NCBI RefSeq assembly: GCF_964204645.1
Contig: NC_134028.1
Location: 5,704,001 to 5,768,000, forward strand
From: Tubulanus polymorphus
Lineage: Eukaryota; Animalia; Nemertea
Reading direction: 5' to 3'
DNA length: 64,000 nucleotides
A program made the position numbers and the translations under genes. This document shows positions 51,801 through 64,000 of the stretch, piece by piece. Positions within the stretch are counted from its first letter, which is position 1. The number at the start of each line of letters is the position of its first letter. The notes below the pieces were generated by a model. That model did no database searches and had not been told where the DNA came from. It was given only the letters and a program-made list of their open reading frames with translations.

Positions 51801-52609
51801 TACGCGAAATAAGAACCTCATATCAAAATGCTCTTTAAACAAGTCAGACCAAGAATTCAGTGATTCAGATTTTTACTGTTTTTGCTGTTGTCGATCTTCA
51901 ACTATCTGAACTCTCTACCGAGGATTTAGCCCAAGCATGACTACGGATTCTATCTTAGAATTTGGTATCAATTTTCAGTTCCGTATCGTTATCAATCAAT
52001 GTGTGAGATCGGGAACACGCCAATTTTCCCTTTAAAACATTAATCACTTAAGCAGCACTTGCGCTGAAGCAAGACGTGTCCATATCTTGTGAATACGAAT
52101 TTTACTTGTACAACGTGACAATTTCGCTCCCCCGAACATAACAGACATGTTATATAAGCGTTTGTGACAAATAAAGCTTCAACAAATAACATGGTCGTAA
52201 GCTAAGCCAGCCACAGTTTCTTAGAAAATATATCTTTTCAGTTTATATGACAATCATAAATTTTCACACAGTCCCTGTCTGATAGGCATACGATGGGCTA
52301 AATCGTTTTTGAAAAAAGGCGTATATACCAATTTCAATTACTATTCTCTCAAAATTCAAGGTTGTTCTTAATTGTAAACTTCAGGAGAATGTACATTTAC
52401 TTATGATTGCCGAACCGCTTGTGCAAACAACATTTTTCCGATACGAAATACGAAGTATGTGGCTTTGTTTTGCGAATACGTCGTAACTTGCCTTATCTTT
52501 CCACTTAAGCTAACAGAAAAATAAGTTACGGTTTTATTGACTTTGCAACATTAAACACGTCAGCGCGGAAGAAATTATATGGGAGGAACTCTCGAAAAAC
52601 TCTCGTATT

Positions 52610-55600
52610 TCAACACGCAGTAACCTTTTCTTTTCGATCAACTTTAACTTTGTTGGTCTTCAGAACGGTTTCTCGGGTGGTTATTACCGATATGCGCCCG
52701 TTAGTTTTTCGTTTAAACACAAGTTTAATGAGCTTTTGTACCCAGCGTCCAACTCGATCCTCAATAAGAATCGCGGCGTCCAGGCGTCGCAGCATCTGTA
52801 TATGGTACTTCTGTTCGTCGTTCCTCGTAGCCTGTGACGTCATCACCGCCACCAGATAATTGACCAATAGAACCGCAGTCGAGTAATAGTAGATCACGTG
52901 AACATAACGAAGGTCGTAGGCTACTTTCGTCCCGCCGAAATTCGCCGCCCCGATTTGCACCAAAAATATCTGGTAAAAAGCATCCGTCAGCCAACTTACG
53001 TTTAGTTCTCTGACGGTAGTTACGTAAGATACATAGATCGCTTGGATAAAGAGCGTGAGGACGATGAATTTGATCATAACGGCAATCATACACCGCAAAT
53101 CTATAGCAAATGTACCCATAAATGGAAGCCATTCGGCTAGATACAATAGACTAAACAGTACAAATGGTAGATACATGGCTTTTAGAGTACGCACAAGTAT
53201 CTCGGCTGTTATGAACACTTCTTCACAACTATCGATCCGATCGACGTAATACGGTAACTGTGTGACGTAAACAATCGCCCCGTTAACGATGACAAGTTTC
53301 CCGGCTTGACTGATGAAATATAGAATACACTGATTACACCGGTAGAAGCAGGTTTTCACGACAAAGTTGCCCCAACGCCCGTGTCTCAGCGAATAGAAAC
53401 TGCCGAGCACGACGCGTCGATCGCGGTGGAATACTTTTATAATCACTTCCAGAATGTCGAGAAACAAAAAAACGAAAAAGAAATCTACAGAATCTAGGAC
53501 CAAGTCCAGAAACGGTGACGGTTCGATGGGTCCGAGATCCCCTCGACAATACGTCGAATTTAACATCGTTTCGTTCAATCTTGCTTTCGAGATTGATATC
53601 CATTTCGGCATGTAAATGTGCCATATGCGGCGGGCGACCTTATTGGGTCGTACGGCCAATAGTGCTATTAGTATCAAACAACGAAATATGAACCATAAGA
53701 CGAAGTAGGGCAGATTTTCTCGTATTTTCTTACGAATCCAATACTGAACTACGGGCATGTTCAGTATTTGACGGGTGTACATGCGTTCAAATTGTTGTCT
53801 AGTTACGTAAAGCATCATACGTAACGGGGATCTCAATTCTCGCTTATAATCGGAAAATGTTTCGTATTCCGACAGGTCGTACTCGGTGCAATCCTTCAAA
53901 CCGACGATATCGCGATTAGTGACGTAAGCGTCCGAATTCAAAATCTTCCGGAAAAATCCAAACGCTGCAAATTTCGCCGAAAGTTCCAACGGCCTAAACG
54001 AATCGGAGTCCTCGGATTTCACTAACTGGAAGAAGGTATCCGAGTCCATACAGTCGGTAATGATATCATAGGAGCGAAGTAGACGATCTTCCGACTCGGG
54101 ATTTTCCGCCGCCTCTCGAATCAAAACGTGAAAAACGGTCGAGTTTTTACTTTCAACGCGTTCCAAGTTAGCTCCATCGTCTATTAGACGGCGAAGAACA
54201 TGTTTTGAAGCGGCGCACGCGGCTATGATGTACGGGATGGTCAAACTATGCGTACCGCTAGCCTTGACCTCGTTCAAATGGTGGTGACGGTTATAGACGA
54301 AAGCGTTGTTAATGAATCTGTTTTTTAATCGTGTCGCGCCTATTGAACCTTTTAGCGCATCGTAGGCCTCGTAATCGTCTTCTGTGATGATATTGTACCA
54401 GTCTCGGTTGTTGTCCAGCAAGAGCTCTTCACTCGATTCCCCGTTTGCCTTCTCCATGGCGATTCGTTCGCTATCAATTTTCACTACCATCGCTATATCC
54501 TTACCATGTAACAACGAGGATTCACAATCTGAAAAGAACAATGTCAAGTAGACGAATGCGAAAACGACTAATTGCAACGTTACTGAAAACATCAATAGTT
54601 TGATGAATAGAAAAACCTGCAAGCATTACCGTTTCACACAAAGTTATTGGAGACATGGGAAACATTTAGCTGTTTGAATCATAAGTAAATAAAAGCTTTA
54701 AGAGTAACTAAATATTTGCAGTAAGGAATAACAATCTGCATAATTCAACAGTTGTTTTTCGGCTGTCCAATATACGTACGTGTACGAACAAACCAACCAC
54801 CGGCATTGTCGACCGTGTGTAATATCGAAATGGACTAATCGGAGTTCGCAAATAAAATCCACTCAATTTCTAGCCGAAGAATCCCTGCGAGAATTTGTTT
54901 GCGAGAATGGAGAAATAATTATTGCCGTGTTGGGCGAATAGTATTTCGGAAACGCATAAAGCATGCGATGAATGCTGTCTGGGGAGGAAAATTAGAACCG
55001 TTTAGGGAATAAAGTGTCTGGCGACTAATAACAAACTTCCAGACTGAACGATTCCCTGCCACAATTTTTCGCACAAAGGAATACACTATTTTATATGAAT
55101 TGCCTATCATCGTGAATATTTTTGAACGATGAGAATTGGCAGATGACATCTTATAAAGATATATTTCTCCACCCAAAGATATATCTCATTAATTAAACAA
55201 TGAAACAATTTCGTTTATTTTTTGAAAGAATTCTTTTAGCAAACACAGTGAAACAACAGTTTAATGAACTTAAATCCAGTTTCTTTTAAAATAGTGTTGA
55301 TAGACTCGAATGCTGATACAGTTATACTTCTTCGAAAGAATATTTCGATTCAGTTTGAAATACGCTGGATGTGAAATAAAAACTATTTAAAAAAAAACTA
55401 TTTTTATAAAAACTAAGTTTTGGTTACCGGAAGTAGAAATGGTCATTTTGAACATTTTCATGTTTTTTCGAATGGCTTACCTCGAACTTGCAGGTCCGTG
55501 ACATAAAAGAAACAATGAGTCTTAGAATGAAATAACGTTCGTAATCTCTAAGAACAGTTATTCCTATCGCGAGTTAACAGGTGACTACTTTCTCTGACGA

Positions 55601-56263
55601 GAGAACACCGCTTAATATAGTGTACCGTTTTAACTCTTACTTCTAGGGCAGCGGAAGTGTGAATAACTATCGCAGGCTTCACAGCGATTTTAGTTACGAG
55701 CGTCAATAAATTCGAGCAGCCTCGCGATATTCCTATACGATATTTTATCATCAGATATGTCGATATTTCCCTAGAGCAAATTTAGAGTCTGACCTCAAGC
55801 AACAGTAAACGGCTACAAGCACGGAGAGTCCATTCCATGGCCATGGCGCATGTTAGTTAGGTGGCGTGGAGAAATGCCGTTATTTGATTATTTGTTGGCG
55901 TAAAACCTTGTCCTTCGATTCTCTATTTAAGTCGATTTGATACGGATAACTAATGAATTGTATAATGTATTATGTTACTAGAGTAACACGAACAAATCGA
56001 GGGTAAACTGTCATTACATGTCTAATTAACTATAAATATTATATGCAGTAGTAAATTGTCACGCGTATTCGGAATGTTTCTGTCCTGTCCTGGTTTCCCA
56101 TCGAAATCGCCAAACGACTGTCGCCAATAAGACACCTCAAATCATCCCAATCATCAAATTCAGGGTAAGATTGTGTCCAATGTCAAGTCAAACATGGAAA
56201 AAATTTCTGAGATAGCTTACCTTCGAAATCCTCTCGGACGAAGTTACGCGCGTTTGATGTCAT
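52610..56263 (-). CDS. Divergent TRPV-like (ankyrin + 6TM) cation channel; short first coding exon plus one ~1.9 kb exon
   Basis: Long exon 54528-52610 has ankyrin-like segments (RLIDDGANL..STVFHVLI, PLELSAKFAAFGFFRKIL), the TRPV linker motif YDLSEYE, PVVQYWIRKK before TM1, S6 LLVNYLVAVM and a TRP-helix-like ...AAILIE. Candidate first exon 56263-56221 (MTSNARNFVREDFE, donor GTAAGC) is phase-compatible. Confidence 0.75.
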
Positions 56264-58027
56264 GCTTTCGGAGGCTAGAATGAAAATGCACTTAATGCCG
56301 ATCACATCCGACCACGTATGATATCAGACACATTCACCAGAAGTTACATATCATATACATGTAATACGAATGTCCGCTATGAGATATATACTGTCAAATC
56401 GACTTAGAATTAAGAATTACGGCCTATATTAGCTGGACCCAAATCATACGTTACCTCTTTCGAGATCAACGAAGACCTTTGTCGTTAATTTTGATTTATC
56501 CTAACTAGTGTCAATTTGAACTGCGGAGCCGAGTCGACGATCTTTCCGAATTGGACGTGTAGATCTACTGATGTTATTAGTCGCTTATCAACGACTGGTC
56601 CCGTGTGCTTACCTTCATAAATCAGTGTTATCTAGAAAGCATATTCGGGAAATTCTAATTACGCTTCGTTTTCATGTCTGGAATACACGATCGCAACAGG
56701 ACGGAAATATTAGGCGTGAAATTCAATTTTTACCTTTCATCAAGTTTTGAACACTGGAAAATTCTCTTGGAGCTTCAATAAGTTTTCAATGAATGTGATG
56801 ATGATATTGAGGAACGTGTTTCCCGACATAAAAAGCGGAACAAGCTATAAGCATTTAGAAGCCATTGCTTCTCAAAGTTGACTGGTTGCCCATCAGAGAA
56901 TGACGATCTAAATGCCTACTGTACAGTGTTTCATAACTGACGCTTGCTACTAGACTATCATTTACCAAGCTATCTGTCATTGTGGACATATTATCCTTTT
57001 GAGAATAATTCCTAATATCTTGAGAATAATTTATGACTCTCTGACAATTTTCTATTCCGTATTTCTATGTAATCGATCGTCTATTTCTAGACTAGTTACA
57101 AACCTCGAGCATGTTACACAGTTCAGTCCAAAACAAAGAATAACGCCTCGATTTTGTGAACATATCGAAAATTCAACTGATCTTTAGCTTGCATCCAGTG
57201 CAACTCAAAACTAACGAATATACTAAGAGCGGAAGAGGAAATAAAAAGTGATCTGCAGACAGTAAAGGGCTAAAAACGTAGCTTGACAATAAACAGATTC
57301 AGATCGCTAATTACTTCATTATTTCATAATCATTTTGTACTTTTTATTCACGTAAACCGGGTATATGAAGACGTCCAGGCAAGCCACATGTTGAAGAATC
57401 GATCATCGTAACGCGTAAAAATTATCACGTTATGAATACACACCATTTAATGGCGTTATACTCTCGGGATCTGCCAGCATCGGCGCAGTAGTCGAGAGCC
57501 ATCAGCGATATCAAAAGCATTTTATAGTTAACCGATTTCTAATTGTGTGACTCAAACATGCGACAGTAGAAATGACTCTCGACAGTCTGCCGGACTACAC
57601 TTGGATTACTCTTCATTTCTATGTTGCTGCGATTATTCAGCTTCTCCGTTTTACAGTCAACGACAAACTACCGACGAACAAGTATATGTATTCAAAAGAA
57701 GATAGTCAATAGTAAACACAACGAGAAGTTTTATCTTGAAAATTGTATGTTTCTATTCTCTAAATTACCATTATTTCATTAGCATTAATAATTATGTCCT
57801 GGTAAAATTCAAGATTTCATTCACTACGGGAAGATTGCTTTTAGTCGTTTCTTCAGTTGTAGCGACTAAATCCCGCAGATTAATTAAAATCATCATCCAA
57901 ATATAGTTTAATAACGTTAAAAATTTCATTTTCATGTACTGTACAAAGGAAATGATTTACATATATAAATGTGTTTATAAAAACTGCTCCAGGGAAACGA
58001 ACTGATAAATCTAATAAAAATACGATC

Positions 58028-62856
<4,829 letters not shown>

Positions 62857-64000
62857 ATCACCATGGTGCCTAGAAATTTCAAAATTTTCTAAATGGATAC
62901 TTCACTTGTGAATGTTCAGTACATGTTCCCTTTTTATCTATTTGCTCTCCTGTCAAGGTCTGAATCTGTACACACAGAATCTCTACTTCGATTTCCGATT
63001 TCAAAATCAAATCCTGTTTCTCTCCCATCAGGTATTAGGGGGTTTGTAAGTGATACTAAATTAAACAAATCAAACTAAATCTACCAATCAAATATTAAAA
63101 TAACATGGTCAATCCCTATCTCAAGATAAAAAAAGTCTGCCCTAGCTACGCCTCTGGTTAGTATAACCTTGACCTAAAAACCCCGGTAAGTGAACATCCT
63201 TACGACAGCTGGTGAAGTATACGTTGCTGCTTATTTCGTTGTTTTTCGTGTCTCTCATATAAAATACATGATATTATGTATCAAATTTTATCAATAATAT
63301 TGATTAGAAAAAAAGAAAATCCAATTTACAAGTAGATACATTATATAACAATATAATCTGATTTCAGTCTACATAAGAAAAATAATGACGGAGGATGACA
63401 TGTTAAGATTTTTTCAAGGTAGACAAAATTAATCTTCGTGATATTGAGTTTGTTTGTAACATATCTGTAATATTGTGTGTATTTAGTTTGTCTCTTTAAT
63501 AACAAGTCTCAACTTTGTGACCAGTTCATATTATTATCTTATCTCATTACATCGACGAGGCCTGCTATTGTCGAGAAAGACATATTGAGACCGACGAATC
63601 TTAATTGTCGTAGGTATCATGTGCTACATACATCTTGTCATTAAGTGCTAGCATATATTTTTCAATAATTTGTGCTGTAGGTTTATCTCTTCTTTAGGCA
63701 ACAAATCTTAACACATTTCGCTCACGGATCGTGACCCAATGTGGCAGTTACAAATTACAGTTATGAAACTTTCATTTGACAGAAACCATATACATCGTGA
63801 TATATATTCTTTACTACAGAGTAGAGTGCTGACCAATAGATTTTGCCCTTGCTAAGATAAGCGAATTCCGCGGGGCAGTCGGGGCAACTGTAATTTGTAA
63901 TTTCATGTAACGGATGGTAAAGAATATCATGGTTGTTATTATCATTATTTACGTTATTTTTTAGTAAAGTCGTTCCAGATATTTGAGCCAGAAATGCAAT

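Noticed and set aside
54529-54622. Signal-peptide-like N-terminus of the 670-aa ORF
   Set aside because: It begins at a non-ATG codon and runs through a pyrimidine tract and AG acceptor, so it is intronic.

Overview
AT-rich, intron-containing animal genomic DNA (invertebrate bilaterian, plausibly lophotrochozoan; not prokaryotic). Manual splicing reconstructs seven protein-coding genes: SLC26A11 (+), IFT27/RABL4 (-), DMC1 (+), a SUN1-like LINC protein (-), a Polycomb CBX gene (-) whose chromodomain is split over small exons missed by the ORF track, a divergent near-intronless TRPV-like channel (-) and an otopetrin (-). Introns and intergenic DNA carry many short palindromic MITEs, a tRNA-derived SINE and microsatellites. 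Highlights: a U12-type intron in DMC1; an otopetrin with His->Gln in the FYRxH motif, next to a TRPV-like channel with a non-acidic pore; a MITE carrying an array of poly(A) signals between IFT27 and DMC1; and a gene set matching the human 17q25/22q13 neighbourhoods. I cannot demonstrate a wholly new system. The channel pair and the MITE insulator idea are hypotheses. Exon coordinates were read by eye and no database search was run.
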